Source: Candidatus Brocadiia bacterium
GTDB lineage: Bacteria; Planctomycetota; Brocadiia; CAIUPP01
Assembly (NCBI GenBank): GCA_050015075.1
Contig: JBEKCB010000020.1
Location: forward strand, 25,410-89,409
Direction: 5' to 3'
Length of the DNA stretch: 64,000 nucleotides
Shown here: piece by piece, positions 43,579 to 53,706 of the stretch
Layout: each line of letters starts with the position of its first letter
Position numbering within the stretch: the first letter of the stretch is position 1
Position numbers and translations under genes: made by a program
The notes under the pieces: model-generated
The model's database searches: none
Seen by the model: only the letters and a program-made list of their open reading frames with translations
Told to the model about the DNA's origin: nothing

Positions 43579-46500
43579 TCAACCGTCGGGCGGGTTCTTG
43601 CGCTGCGAGAACAGGCGCCGGGTCCATCTCTCTTCAGTCTTGTCGGCGCTCTTGGCGGCGGCCCCGTCGGCCTTCGCGGGTTCGTCGGCGCTCTTCTTCG
43701 CCGGGTCTTCGAGCGTCTCCTGGCCGGCCTTCAACGTCAGGGCGCCGTCCGCGGCTTCGGCGAGGCTTTGGCGGAGCCGCTGGTTCTCCTCCGTCGCCTG
43801 TTGGCGGCCTGCGACTTCCTGGCGGATTTCCATCCTCGCCTTCTCCAGCGCGGCCGCCTGGGACTGGACCTGTTGCGCCAGGGCCGCGCGTTCGACCTGC
43901 CCTTGCTGCGCCGCGTGGCGGAGCTCGGTGAGCTTCTTCCGCAGCACCTTGTTGAGCAACTGCGCTTCCCGGCCGACGGCGAGTTCGCGCCGGGTCGGGT
44001 CGGCGCTTTGCAGCGCTTCCGCAATGCGCGCATCCGCATCGCCGCCGTTCTCGGCCGGTTCCGCCGAGCCCGTTCTGGACGCGACGATTTCGCGCCGGAG
44101 CTGATCATTTTCCTCCTCAACCAGTATCCGCTCGAGCGTCTCCTTCTGGAGTTGCTCGCGCACGGCCGCGAGCGCCTCGGCGTGCTCGGTTGCGCGCCGC
44201 TCGATCTCGGACTGCAGCGCCGCCTGGTCGCCTTCCAGGGCGCCGCTCTGTTCCGCGAGCCGCTGGCGCTCGGCGTTCTCCGATTGGAATGGCTGCACGG
44301 CCTTCTCCAGCTCGGCGGCGCGCGTTTGTGCGAGCGCGTCGGCTTCGCGCCGGCGGTCATCGAGCGCCCGCTTGAGCGTCTCGATCTCCTCGAGCAGCTT
44401 TGCGCTCGACGTCTCGACCGCCTGCCGGCGTGAAGTCTCCTCCTGAAGCTGCTGCCGCGCGCGCTCGATCTCCGCCTCCGACCGAGTCCGCGCCGAGGAG
44501 AGGTCGTTCACCTGCTGTTGAAGCTGCTCGCGCTGCGCGGACCATTCATCCCTGGCGCGCGCCGACTCCGAGATTTCCTGCTGAAGCCGCGCGGCCTCCT
44601 CGATCGCCTTCTTCCGCTCGGCGCGCTCCTGGTCGAGTTCGGATTTCGATCGCGCCTCCGAGGCGGTCAGGTCCTGCACCAGCGCCTGAAGTTGCGCGCG
44701 CTGCGCCTCGATTTTGCTTCGCGCCAGCGTTGACTTCGGGATTTCCTGTTGAAGCCGTGCGGCCTCCTCGAGCGCCTTCCTTCGCTCGGCGCGCTCCTGG
44801 TCGAGTTCCGATTTGGACTGCGCCTGCGCGGCGGTCAGTTCCTGCACCAGCGCCTGAAGTCGCTCGCGCTGCGCCGATAATTCGTCCTGCGCCTGGACCG
44901 ACTTCGAGAGTTCCTGTTGAAGCCGCGCAGCCTCGTCGAGCGCCTTCCTGCGCCCGGCGCTCTGCTGGTCGAGTTCGGATTCGGATTGCGCCTGCGCGGC
45001 GGCCAGTTCCTGCACCAGGGCCTGAAGTCGCTCGCGCTGCGCCGACAATTCGTCCTGCGCCTGGGCCGACTCCAGAAGTTCCTGCTGAAGCCGTGCGGTC
45101 TCTTCGAGCGCCTTCCTGCGCCCGGCGCGCTCCCGGTCGAGTTCGGATTTGGACTCCGCCTGCGCGGCGGTCAGCTCCTGCACCAGCGCCTGGAGCTGCT
45201 GTTGCTGCGCCTCGATTCTGCTTCGCGCCTGGGCGGACTTCGAGATTTCCTGCTGAAGCCGCGCGGCCTCATCAAGAGCCTTCTTCCGCTCGGCGCGCTC
45301 CCGGTCGAGTTCGGACTTGGACTCCGCCTGCGCGGCGGTCAGCTCTTGCACCAGCGCCTGGAGCTGCTGTTGCTGCGCCTCGATTCTGCTTCGCGCCTGG
45401 GCGGACTTCGAGATTTCCTGCTGAAGCCGCGCGGCCTCGTCGAGCGCCTTCTTGCGCTCGGCGCGCTCCCGGTCGAGTTCGGATTTGGATTGCGCCTGTG
45501 CGAAGGTCAGTTCCTGCACCCTCGCCTGGAGCTGCGCGCGATGCTCCTCGATTTTGCTTCGCGCCAGCGTGGAGTTCGGGATTTCCTGCTGAAGCCGCGC
45601 GGCCTCCTCAAGCGCCTTCGTTCGCTCGGCGCGCTCCCGGTCCAGCTCCGCCTTCGACTGCGCGTGGGCGGCGCTCAGCTCTTTCACCTGCGCCTGGAAC
45701 CGCGCGCGCTCGGCGTCGCGCTCCGCCAGCGCCGCGCGCAATTCGGCGGCCTGCTGTCGAAGGCGTTCATGTTCCGCCCGGGCCTTGTCGCCCTCGGCAG
45801 CCTGCTCCTGAATCTGCGCGTTGGACTTCAGCAGTTCGTCAGCCTGCTGCCGGGCGCGCTCCTCGAGCGCCAGTTGGCCGGCGCGCAATTCCTCGAGGGC
45901 GCGGCGCGACGCGGCCGACTCGCGCTCCGTTGCGCTGCCGGCCTCGCGCAAGCGATCCAGCTCGGCGACCTTCTGCCGGAGTTGTGCGCCGGCCTGCGCC
46001 AACTGGTCGGTGAGCGGCTGAAGCCGCCCTTCGAGCGCTGCGCGCGCGGCTTTCGATTCCTCCTGCGCGCGGCCGGCGGCCTCGAGCTGCGGCTGCAACC
46101 GCGCGATTTCCTCCTGCGCCCGGTCCCGCGCGGCGGAGAGCTGGTTGAGCTGTTCGTCGAGGCGGCGGTTGCGCTCGGCCGACTCCGCCATCGCGCGCTC
46201 GCCCTCGGCGATTTGCCCGCGGAGTTGCTGCGCCTCATCCTGCGCCTGGCCGCGGGACTGCTCCTGCGCCGCAAGCCGGCTCTCCGTTTGCGCGGCGTCC
46301 TCCTGGAGTTGCCTCACCTGCGCTGCGCTCTGTTCGGCGCGCGCTTCGAGTTCGCGGCGGGCGGCGGTCAATTCGTCAATGGTCCGGCGTGCCTGGACGA
46401 ACTCCTCGTTGACCGGCTCCGCTGCAGGCGCGGCGGCGCGAAGCTGCGCCAATTCGGCGTTGAGTTCTTTGATCTGCGCTTCGAGGCGATCGCGCTGCGC

Positions 46501-47037
46501 CTGCGCCTCGCGCTGGCTTTTCTGGGATCGGGCGGCCTCCTGCGCGAGCCGCTGCGCGCTCGCGGCGTAGACGGTGTCGCGTTCGGCCGCGAGGCTCCTC
46601 ACCTGCGCCTCGAGCCTGACGCGCCACTCCCGCAGGGTGTGGTGGCGCTCCTTGAGCTTCGCCATGTCCTGCGAGAGGCGTTCCTCGTTGATGGCGTAGG
46701 TGGTCACGTCCACCAGCGAAAGCTGCATCGCCCGCTGGCCCTGCCACGCGATGTCGGAAAGTCGCATTTGCAGGATCAGGTCGGCGGCGCCTTCCACGCG
46801 GAGCCGGATCAGGCCGGCCGGCGGGCGCAGGGCCACGTTTTGCAGGTGCGCCTCGAGGCGCTCCCTGAACCCGCGCGTGAGCAGTTGCTCGGCGCGCGGG
46901 TTCATGAAGCGGATCTTGCCGGCGCGGTCCAGGATCACCACCGGCTGGGCAAGATTTTCCACCAGCGCCTGGAAGTCGGCGGTTATTTCCGAAGACGGCT
47001 GCGACGGCTGGTTGTCCCCGCGTTCTTTGGATTCCAT
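43579..47037 (-). CDS. PAS-domain protein with a ~950-aa coiled coil
   Basis: FQALVENLAQPVVILDRAGKIRFMNPRAEQL PAS signature, then E/Q/A/R-rich heptads. Confidence 0.85.
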   Translation of the reverse strand: MESKERGDNQPSQPSSEITADFQALVENLAQPVVILDRAGKIRFMNPRAEQLLTRGFRERLEAHLQNVALRPPAGLIRLRVEGAADLILQMRLSDIAWQGQRAMQLSLVDVTTYAINEERLSQDMAKLKERHHTLREWRVRLEAQVRSLAAERDTVYAASAQRLAQEAARSQKSQREAQAQRDRLEAQIKELNAELAQLRAAAPAAEPVNEEFVQARRTIDELTAARRELEARAEQSAAQVRQLQEDAAQTESRLAAQEQSRGQAQDEAQQLRGQIAEGERAMAESAERNRRLDEQLNQLSAARDRAQEEIARLQPQLEAAGRAQEESKAARAALEGRLQPLTDQLAQAGAQLRQKVAELDRLREAGSATERESAASRRALEELRAGQLALEERARQQADELLKSNAQIQEQAAEGDKARAEHERLRQQAAELRAALAERDAERARFQAQVKELSAAHAQSKAELDRERAERTKALEEAARLQQEIPNSTLARSKIEEHRAQLQARVQELTFAQAQSKSELDRERAERKKALDEAARLQQEISKSAQARSRIEAQQQQLQALVQELTAAQAESKSELDRERAERKKALDEAARLQQEISKSAQARSRIEAQQQQLQALVQELTAAQAESKSELDRERAGRRKALEETARLQQELLESAQAQDELSAQRERLQALVQELAAAQAQSESELDQQSAGRRKALDEAARLQQELSKSVQAQDELSAQRERLQALVQELTAAQAQSKSELDQERAERRKALEEAARLQQEIPKSTLARSKIEAQRAQLQALVQDLTASEARSKSELDQERAERKKAIEEAARLQQEISESARARDEWSAQREQLQQQVNDLSSARTRSEAEIERARQQLQEETSRRQAVETSSAKLLEEIETLKRALDDRRREADALAQTRAAELEKAVQPFQSENAERQRLAEQSGALEGDQAALQSEIERRATEHAEALAAVREQLQKETLERILVEEENDQLRREIVASRTGSAEPAENGGDADARIAEALQSADPTRRELAVGREAQLLNKVLRKKLTELRHAAQQGQVERAALAQQVQSQAAALEKARMEIRQEVAGRQQATEENQRLRQSLAEAADGALTLKAGQETLEDPAKKSADEPAKADGAAAKSADKTEERWTRRLFSQRKNPPDG
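44530..45705 (-). repeat. Intragenic tandem repeat, 7 x 168 bp (56 aa)
   Basis: Anchor (C/T)TGAAGCCG at 44581, 44749, 44917, 45085, 45253, 45421, 45589. Confidence 0.9.
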
Positions 47038-47391
47038 ATGGATCCGGAAGACCGTGGCGCCCGGCGCGCCCGCTCCTTGTGGCGGCTATGAGCGTCTATT
47101 TCGTACCATGCGGATTACCCAATGTCAATAAGCGCGCTGGAATCCCTCGCGCCGGCGGCTGAGGGGCCGGCCGGCGCCGCGAGCGGGCTGGATTAGCATA
47201 ACCCGCGTGCTGGTAGCAGGTTGCGTTACTCGGGCCGCGCTGCGCTTGCTTCGGAAGCGCAATATAAGCGACAATTTCTAAATTCCGAAGGAATCCAGGG
47301 AAGAAAGTGAGTATGCTGGGGAACTATCTATATAGACCGGTTCGGCTCGGGAGCGCATGCACCCCGAGGCTTCTGCGGCGGAGACTGCACC

Positions 47392-47916
47392 TTGTGTCCG
47401 AGTGAGACCGAGTCTGCGGCCCCGCACAAGCGGGAGCGCGACGATGAGGCGGCTTTCCACGAACTGGTGGACCGCTACGCGAACGAGATGTTCCGCCTGG
47501 CCGTGTCGCTCGTCGGTAACGCGGCGGACGCGGAGGACGTGCTGCAGGAGACTTTCGCAGGCGCGTTCCAGGCGATGCCGAACTTCGAAGGGCGTTCTTC
47601 GGTGCGAACATGGCTCAGCCGCATTCTGGTGAAGCAAGCGGCGAAGTGGTGCAGAAGGCGGAATGTCCGGCGCACCGTGGTGCTGGACGCGACTGCGCCA
47701 GGGCCAAGCCCGGAGCAGGGCCTGCGAATAGACGTGCTCGGCACGCTGGAAACACTTTCACCGGAACATCGCGAAGTGATCGCATTGCGGGAGTTTCAGG
47801 GCATGTCGTATGAGGAAATAGCCGAGGTGCTCGGCGTGCCGCGCGGGACGGTGGAGTCGAGGCTTTTCCGCGCGCGCCAGGAGTTGAGAGAGCGATTGAA
47901 GGCTTATCTTCCGTGA
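47392..47916 (+). CDS. ECF RNA polymerase sigma factor
   Basis: DAEDVLQETF, FEGRSSVRTWL.RI, GMSYEEIAEVLGVPRGTVESRLFRAR; TTG start uncertain. Confidence 0.95.
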   Translation: MCPSETESAAPHKRERDDEAAFHELVDRYANEMFRLAVSLVGNAADAEDVLQETFAGAFQAMPNFEGRSSVRTWLSRILVKQAAKWCRRRNVRRTVVLDATAPGPSPEQGLRIDVLGTLETLSPEHREVIALREFQGMSYEEIAEVLGVPRGTVESRLFRARQELRERLKAYLP

Positions 47917-47962
47917 GCGCCGAAATGTCTGCCGCCGACAGCTTCTATGGTGAGGGCTGAAC

Positions 47963-48400
47963 ATGACTGACTGCGAATATCAAGTCAAAGTTCACGCGTA
48001 CCATGACGGCGAGCTGCCGCCGGCGGACCGGCAATCGTTCGAGGTCCATCTGAAGGCTTGCCCGGCATGCGCGCGGGAACTCGAGCGCCTCCGCCGGATG
48101 TCCGATCTCTTCGCCTCGGCGCGCCTGCCGGAGCTTTCGCCCGCGGCGTTCCAGCGGCTGCACCGCAGCAAGATCGTGGTGCTCCAGCCGGCGCTCGTGC
48201 GGACCAGCGAGTTCTTCGCGGCGGCCGCCGCGGCCATACTGCTGGTGTGCGGGGCCTGGCTCTGGCGCGCCTCCACGCCGCAGGAGCTGGCCGGCATGCC
48301 CGCATGGCAAGAGGTGCCGGTGACGTACCAGGTGGATGCCTCGACCGATAACGACCCGGGAGCGCACGTCGCGCAGATCATTCTCACCGAATTGCGATGA
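47963..48400 (+). CDS. Zinc-binding (zf-HC2) transmembrane anti-sigma factor
   Basis: AYHDGEL, HLKACPAC, one TM segment; follows the ECF sigma gene. Confidence 0.9.
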   Translation: MTDCEYQVKVHAYHDGELPPADRQSFEVHLKACPACARELERLRRMSDLFASARLPELSPAAFQRLHRSKIVVLQPALVRTSEFFAAAAAAILLVCGAWLWRASTPQELAGMPAWQEVPVTYQVDASTDNDPGAHVAQIILTELR

Positions 48401-48410
48401 AGGAACGCCC

Positions 48411-48944
48411 GTGACCAAAGCCAGACTGATGCTGATCCTGATCGCCGCCTTCGCGGTTACGCTGGCCGCCGGCCTTGTGGGGGGATACGCCGTCCGGTCG
48501 TACACCCATCGCCCCGCCAGGCGTTTCCCGGATTTGAAATTGACCGCGGACCAGAACGCGAAGATGGACGCGATCTGGAACGCCGTCATGCACGATGCCC
48601 GCAAGCTCCAGAGCGACCAGCGCCAGGCGTTCCAGAAGCAGCGCGAAGAGGCCGTCCGCGCCCTTCTGACCGAGGAGCAGAAAGTCAAGTACGACGGGGT
48701 TCTCAAGGACTACGCCGCCAAGATGGCGGAGCTTGGCAAGGCGCGCGAGAAGACGTTCCAGGAAGCCGTTGAGAAAACCAAGCTGATCCTGAACCCGGAG
48801 CAGCAGAAGAAGTACGAGGAATGGCTCAAGAGCTGGCGCGACGATCGGCATCCGAGCGGCGCGCCGGCCGAGTTGAAGGCGTCGCAGCAACCCGCGGCGC
48901 CGGCCAAGGCTGAGGAATACACTGCATCGGGCAGTGGCACATAG
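48411..48944 (+). CDS. Periplasmic Spy/CpxP-like helical protein
   Basis: N-terminal hydrophobic segment; LTADQ, LLTEEQ, ILNPEQ (LTxxQ) motifs. Confidence 0.75.
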   Translation: MTKARLMLILIAAFAVTLAAGLVGGYAVRSYTHRPARRFPDLKLTADQNAKMDAIWNAVMHDARKLQSDQRQAFQKQREEAVRALLTEEQKVKYDGVLKDYAAKMAELGKAREKTFQEAVEKTKLILNPEQQKKYEEWLKSWRDDRHPSGAPAELKASQQPAAPAKAEEYTASGSGT

Positions 48945-48991
48945 GGGTCGCCGGGCGCGGACGCCCGGTATTTTAGGAGAGGAGTTAGACT

Positions 48992-49501
48992 ATGGCGCAT
49001 AGGAAAGTGGCGTTGGGCCTGCTTGTGGCAGGCCTGGTGACGGTGATGGCGACGGCGGGCATGGCGTTCGCTCAGGGCGCGCCCGGCGGCGGCGGCGGGC
49101 GTGGCGGAAGAGGCAACATGATGGCCAACATCCAGACGCAACTGGGCGCCACCGACGAGGAGTGGAACGTCCTGCAGCCGAAGGTGCAGAAGGTGATGGA
49201 CCTGAACCGCGAAATGATGACGGGGCGGTTCGGCGGCCGCGGCGGCCGCGGTGGCGGCGGTGGCGGCGGTGGCGGCGGCGCTCCGGCGGCGACCACGGAC
49301 ATCGGTGACAAGACCAAGGCCCTCAGCGATGCGCTCGACAACAAGGATTCCGACCCGAAGGACATCGCAACGAAGCTGGCCGCCGTGCGCGATGCGCGTG
49401 AACGGGTGAGGGGCGAGTTGGTCAAGGCCCAGGCCGAACTGAAGGAAGTGCTCACGCCTCGCCAGGAAGCACGGTTGGTGCTCGCGGGGCTGCTGGACTA
49501 A
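48992..49501 (+). CDS. Secreted Gly-rich helical protein, Spy/CpxP-like
   Basis: AGGAG RBS, signal peptide (AFA-Q), TDEEW..L.P, VLTPRQEA. Confidence 0.75.
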   Translation: MAHRKVALGLLVAGLVTVMATAGMAFAQGAPGGGGGRGGRGNMMANIQTQLGATDEEWNVLQPKVQKVMDLNREMMTGRFGGRGGRGGGGGGGGGGAPAATTDIGDKTKALSDALDNKDSDPKDIATKLAAVRDARERVRGELVKAQAELKEVLTPRQEARLVLAGLLD

Positions 49502-49660
49502 GGATGCTGAAAGCTGACGCGCCGTCCCGCGACGATGCGGGACGGCGCGCCCGCCGAGAGTACAGAGAAACGGCGGACAAAATTTCCCGAAGCGCCTTCT
49601 CTCTGTGATCTCAGCGGATTCGCGGCGACTGCCGGGAAAGGTGTGGTTGCAAGGAAGATC

Positions 49661-51445
49661 ATGAAGGACATCGTCTCCAAAATGCTGGATGAGCGGCTGT
49701 TCGATCCGGCCGTTGCGGACCGGGTGCGCGCGCTCATGACCGAGGGCAAACCGCTCGACGCGGCGCTGCTGGAAGCGAGCGGGCTGCCGGAGGACAAGGT
49801 GCTGCGCTACCTGGCGGCCGAGTTCCAGGTGCCGTACGTGGACCTGGAGCAATTGCCGCCGGCCAAGGAATTCCTCGCGAAATTCCCGGCGCGGATCCTG
49901 CTCAAGCACCGCCTGCTGCCGATGGAAGCGCCCGGCGGCGAAGTCTGGGCGGTGACCAGCCGCCTGTTCGGCACCACCGGCGTGGACGAATTGCGCCTGT
50001 TCTCCGGACAGGAGTTCCGCCTGGCGCTGGCGCCGGCCTCCGAGATTGACCGGTGCATCAAGAACGGCCTCGGCGTCGGCGCGGACACGCTGCAGACCCT
50101 CGTCTCCGACGCCGCCGACGCGGGCATCCAGGTCGTCCAGGACGAGGACGAGCAGGGACTCAACCTCGCCGGCGGCACCGAGGACGCCTCGATCATCAAG
50201 TTCGTCAACCAGGTGCTGACCGAGGGGATTGACCGGCGCGCGACCGACGTGCACATCGAGCCGTTCGAGAACGAACTGCGCGTCCGCTACCGCATTGACG
50301 GCATGCTGGTGGAAGCCTCGATCCCGCCGGAGGTCAGGAACTTCCAGGCGGAGATCGTCTCGCGCCTGAAGATCCTCAGCCGGCTGGACATCGCCGAGAA
50401 GCGCCTGCCGCAGGACGGGCGCATCAAGCTCCGGATCGCCGAGCGCGAGGTGGACGTGCGCGTCTCGGTCATCCCGATGCTCCACGGCGAAGCCGTCGTG
50501 CTGCGCCTGCTGGACCGAAGCTCCGCGCTGCTCGGACTCGAGCAGCTCGGCATGTCCGAGCGGGACTGCGCCGTGTTCGAGAAAGTCCTCGCCCTCCCGC
50601 ACGGCATCGTGCTCGTCACCGGGCCGACCGGCAGCGGCAAGACCACCACGCTCTACGCGGCGCTCTCGCGCATCAACGACGTCAAGCGCAAGATCATCAC
50701 CATCGAGGACCCGGTCGAGTACCACCTGCGCGGCATCAACCAGATCCAGGTCAACGAGAAGGCCGGCCTGACCTTCGCGCGCGGGCTGCGCGCGATCCTG
50801 CGGCACGACCCGAACGTGGTCCTCATCGGCGAAATCCGCGACGGCGAGACCGCCGAGATCGCCGTCCAGGCCTCGCTGACCGGGCACCTGGTCTTCTCGA
50901 CGCTGCACACCAACGACGCGCCCAGCGCGCCGGTCCGGCTGATTGACATGGGCATTGACCCGTACCTGGTCGCCTCGTCGCTCGAAGTGGTGCTGGCCCA
51001 GCGCCTGGTGAGGCGCATCTGCCCGCACTGCAAAGAGGAGTTCGTGGTGCCGCCGACGCTCGACCTGCGCGCGGAATTCGGCGACGGCGCCCCGCACCGG
51101 CTTTACCACGGCGCCGGCTGCCGCAACTGCCAGGGCACCGGCTACCGCGGCCGGACGTGCATCATGGAACTGATGCCCGTGACCGAAGGCGTCCGCTCGC
51201 TGATCCTGCGGCGCGCCTCCGGCGGCGAAATCCGCCGCCAGACCGGCCGGGAAGGCATGCGGACCCTGCGCGACGACGGCTGGCGCCACGTGATCGAGGG
51301 CCATACGACCGTGGACGAAGTGCTGCGCGTGACGAAGGACGAGCGCGCCGAAGTCGAAGCGACGGCGCCGTCCCTGCCGCCCAACGGCAACGGCTCGGAG
51401 CACGAAGCCGCCGCTGTGCTGCAGCGCGTGGCCGGCGCCTCATAA
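49661..51445 (+). CDS. gspE: Type II secretion system ATPase GspE/PulE
   Basis: ATDVHIEP, LDIAEKRLPQDGRI, GPTGSGKTT, TIEDPVEY, GHLVFSTLHTN, CPHC/CRNC zinc motif. Confidence 0.95.
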   Translation: MKDIVSKMLDERLFDPAVADRVRALMTEGKPLDAALLEASGLPEDKVLRYLAAEFQVPYVDLEQLPPAKEFLAKFPARILLKHRLLPMEAPGGEVWAVTSRLFGTTGVDELRLFSGQEFRLALAPASEIDRCIKNGLGVGADTLQTLVSDAADAGIQVVQDEDEQGLNLAGGTEDASIIKFVNQVLTEGIDRRATDVHIEPFENELRVRYRIDGMLVEASIPPEVRNFQAEIVSRLKILSRLDIAEKRLPQDGRIKLRIAEREVDVRVSVIPMLHGEAVVLRLLDRSSALLGLEQLGMSERDCAVFEKVLALPHGIVLVTGPTGSGKTTTLYAALSRINDVKRKIITIEDPVEYHLRGINQIQVNEKAGLTFARGLRAILRHDPNVVLIGEIRDGETAEIAVQASLTGHLVFSTLHTNDAPSAPVRLIDMGIDPYLVASSLEVVLAQRLVRRICPHCKEEFVVPPTLDLRAEFGDGAPHRLYHGAGCRNCQGTGYRGRTCIMELMPVTEGVRSLILRRASGGEIRRQTGREGMRTLRDDGWRHVIEGHTTVDEVLRVTKDERAEVEATAPSLPPNGNGSEHEAAAVLQRVAGAS

Positions 51446-51471
51446 TTTCGCGGACAGCGTAAGAGGAAACG

Positions 51472-52692
51472 ATGGCGGCTTTCGCTTATACGGCAATTGA
51501 CGACAAAGGTCAGCAGACCTTCGGCACGGTCGCGGCGGACAACCGCGGCGCGGCGCTCGACCAGGTCTGCCGGCTGGGGCTGCACCCGGTGCGCGTCGAG
51601 GAGCGCGAAGGGCGGGCCGAGCCGGTGAAAGCGGCGCCGGTGGCGACCGGCGGGCGCGTCTCGCGGGCCGACGTGGAGACCTTCACGCGCGGCCTGTCGA
51701 ACCTGCTGGCGGCGGGCGTTCCGCTGAGCCGGGGACTGCAGATCCTCAGCCGCGAGGCCGCCCGGCCGGCGGCCAAGGCGCAATGGGCGGCGGTCTACGA
51801 AGACGTGGTCGGCGGCATGCCGCTCGCCGAGGCGATGGCCAAGTGCCCGCGTTCCTTCCCGCCGATCTACGTCGCGATGGTGCGCGCGGGCGAGACGGGC
51901 GGCTTCATTGACGTGGTGCTCTCGCAGATCGCCGACTTCCAGTCGCGCGACCAGGAGCTGAAAGGCCGGGTGAAGGCGGCGTTGATCTATCCGTGCGTGC
52001 TGGCGTTCATCGCCTGCGGGGTGCTCATCTTCCTGATGACCTTCTTCATCCCGCGCTTCTCGAAGATCTTCGCGGAGTTCGGCAGCGCGTTGCCGATCAT
52101 GACGCGCGTCGTCGTCGGGGCCAGCCAGTGGATCACCAGTTACGCGCCGGTGTTCGTCGGCGTGCTGGTGTTCGTGTTCCTGATCGGGCGCCGCGCGCTC
52201 GCCTCCGAGTCCGGCCGCCGGGCCGCGGAATGGCTGATGTTCAAGACGCCCGGCCTGGGCGGAATCGTCTCGATGTTCGCCGTCGTCCGTTTCTGCCGCA
52301 TGCTCGGCACGCTGCTCGGCTCGGGCGTGCCGCTGGTGTCGGCGCTGCGCGTCGCGCGCGAGGCCATCGGCCACCAGACCCTGCAGGACGCGGTGGGCAA
52401 GGCCATTGAAGAAGTCCAGCGCGGCGCCTCGCTCTCGCGCAGCCTCGCCGCCTGTCCGCAATTGTTCACGGCCTCGATCTCGGAAATGGTGTCCGTCGCG
52501 GAGGAAAGCGGAAGGCTCGACAAGGAACTCGTGCGCCTCGCCACGTCGTACGAGGTGCTGCTCGACCGGCGCCTGCGCATGCTCGTCTCGCTCGTCGAGC
52601 CGGCGCTGCTGTTCATCATGGCCGCCTTCGTCGGAACGATCGTCATCAGCATGTTGTTGCCGGTGTTCACGCTTCAGGAACTCATTAAGTAA
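51472..52692 (+). CDS. gspF: Type II secretion inner-membrane platform protein GspF
   Basis: LLAAGVPL, MVRAGETGG, ALIYP, EESGRL, LVEP. Confidence 0.95.
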   Translation: MAAFAYTAIDDKGQQTFGTVAADNRGAALDQVCRLGLHPVRVEEREGRAEPVKAAPVATGGRVSRADVETFTRGLSNLLAAGVPLSRGLQILSREAARPAAKAQWAAVYEDVVGGMPLAEAMAKCPRSFPPIYVAMVRAGETGGFIDVVLSQIADFQSRDQELKGRVKAALIYPCVLAFIACGVLIFLMTFFIPRFSKIFAEFGSALPIMTRVVVGASQWITSYAPVFVGVLVFVFLIGRRALASESGRRAAEWLMFKTPGLGGIVSMFAVVRFCRMLGTLLGSGVPLVSALRVAREAIGHQTLQDAVGKAIEEVQRGASLSRSLAACPQLFTASISEMVSVAEESGRLDKELVRLATSYEVLLDRRLRMLVSLVEPALLFIMAAFVGTIVISMLLPVFTLQELIK

Positions 52693-52706
52693 CGGGAGGG
52701 AGAACG

Positions 52707-53141
52707 ATGAAGATTCGCATGATACGGCGTTACGCGGCGCAGGGCTTTACGCTGATCGAGCTTCTGCTGGTGCTGGTGATCCTCACCGCGCTGGCGGCGG
52801 TGGTGGTGCCGAAGTTCGTCGGGCGCGGCGAGCAGGCCAAGAAAGTGCAGGCGGCGTCGGACATCGCCGCGTTGGGTGTAGCGCTCGGCGCCTTCGAGGT
52901 GGACAACGGCCGCTACCCGACCTCCGCTGAGGGTTTGGGCGCGCTGAGCGTCGCTCCCGGCGGACTCACCAACTGGCATGGCCCTTACGTGGATCGCCCG
53001 GTCCTGAATGACCCGTGGGGCAATCCTTACGTCTATGCCTGCCCCGGCACGCACAACACGGACGGCTACGACCTCCATTCTTTTGGACCGCATGCCCAAG
53101 ATGGCGCAGAAGATAACATTGATAACTGGTCCGCGCGCTGA
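52707..53141 (+). CDS. gspG: Major pseudopilin GspG
   Basis: GFTLIELLLV, DNGRYPT..GL.AL, WHGPY, DPWGNPYVY. Confidence 0.95.
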   Translation: MKIRMIRRYAAQGFTLIELLLVLVILTALAAVVVPKFVGRGEQAKKVQAASDIAALGVALGAFEVDNGRYPTSAEGLGALSVAPGGLTNWHGPYVDRPVLNDPWGNPYVYACPGTHNTDGYDLHSFGPHAQDGAEDNIDNWSAR

Positions 53142-53706
53142 ACGGCGGCCGGCAGCGCAGGCGCCGACGACGGCCCTGCGCATTCGGCGCCGCGGCATCG
53201 GCGCATTCACTATGGTGGAGTTGCTACTCGTGCTGGTCTTGATCTGCGTGATCCTCGGCGCGACGGCGCCCTCGCTGCGCGGTTTTTTCAGCTCGCGGAA
53301 GACGACCAACGCCGCCGCCCAGATCATGGCGCTGATCCAGTACGCGCGCACGCAGGCCATCGCCGACGGGTGCAATTACCGACTCAATTTCGACACGACC
53401 CAGAACCAGTACTGGCTGACGATCCAAACCGGCGGAGCCTACGTGACGATCAACACGGAGTACGGGATTATCTACTCGCTGCCGGAGGGCACCACCTTCG
53501 ACTTGAAGGCCGACCCGAATTGCTCGATCACCGATCACATTGATTTCTACCCGGACGGCTCGACCTCGGCCGCCGCGATCGGCATAATCCCGAGCACGGG
53601 CCAGGCCGACGAACAGGAAATCTGCAGCGGCTATAACGCGACGCTGACCGGCTCATACCGCATTGTCACGCCGCCTTCGGCGCTGCCGGGAGGGAGCGCG
53701 CCATGA
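53101..53706 (+). CDS. gspH: Minor pseudopilin, GspH/FimT-like
   Basis: AFTMVELLLVL, YARTQAI, FYPDGS; start uncertain. Confidence 0.75.
   Translation: MAQKITLITGPRAERRPAAQAPTTALRIRRRGIGAFTMVELLLVLVLICVILGATAPSLRGFFSSRKTTNAAAQIMALIQYARTQAIADGCNYRLNFDTTQNQYWLTIQTGGAYVTINTEYGIIYSLPEGTTFDLKADPNCSITDHIDFYPDGSTSAAAIGIIPSTGQADEQEICSGYNATLTGSYRIVTPPSALPGGSAP

Noticed and set aside
43579-47037. SMC/condensin call for the coiled-coil protein
   Set aside because: No Walker A/B motifs or hinge; the N-terminus is PAS-like
47319-47350. GGAAC-type ECF autoregulatory promoter
   Set aside because: The -35-like GGAACT is present but there is no convincing -10 element at the expected spacing
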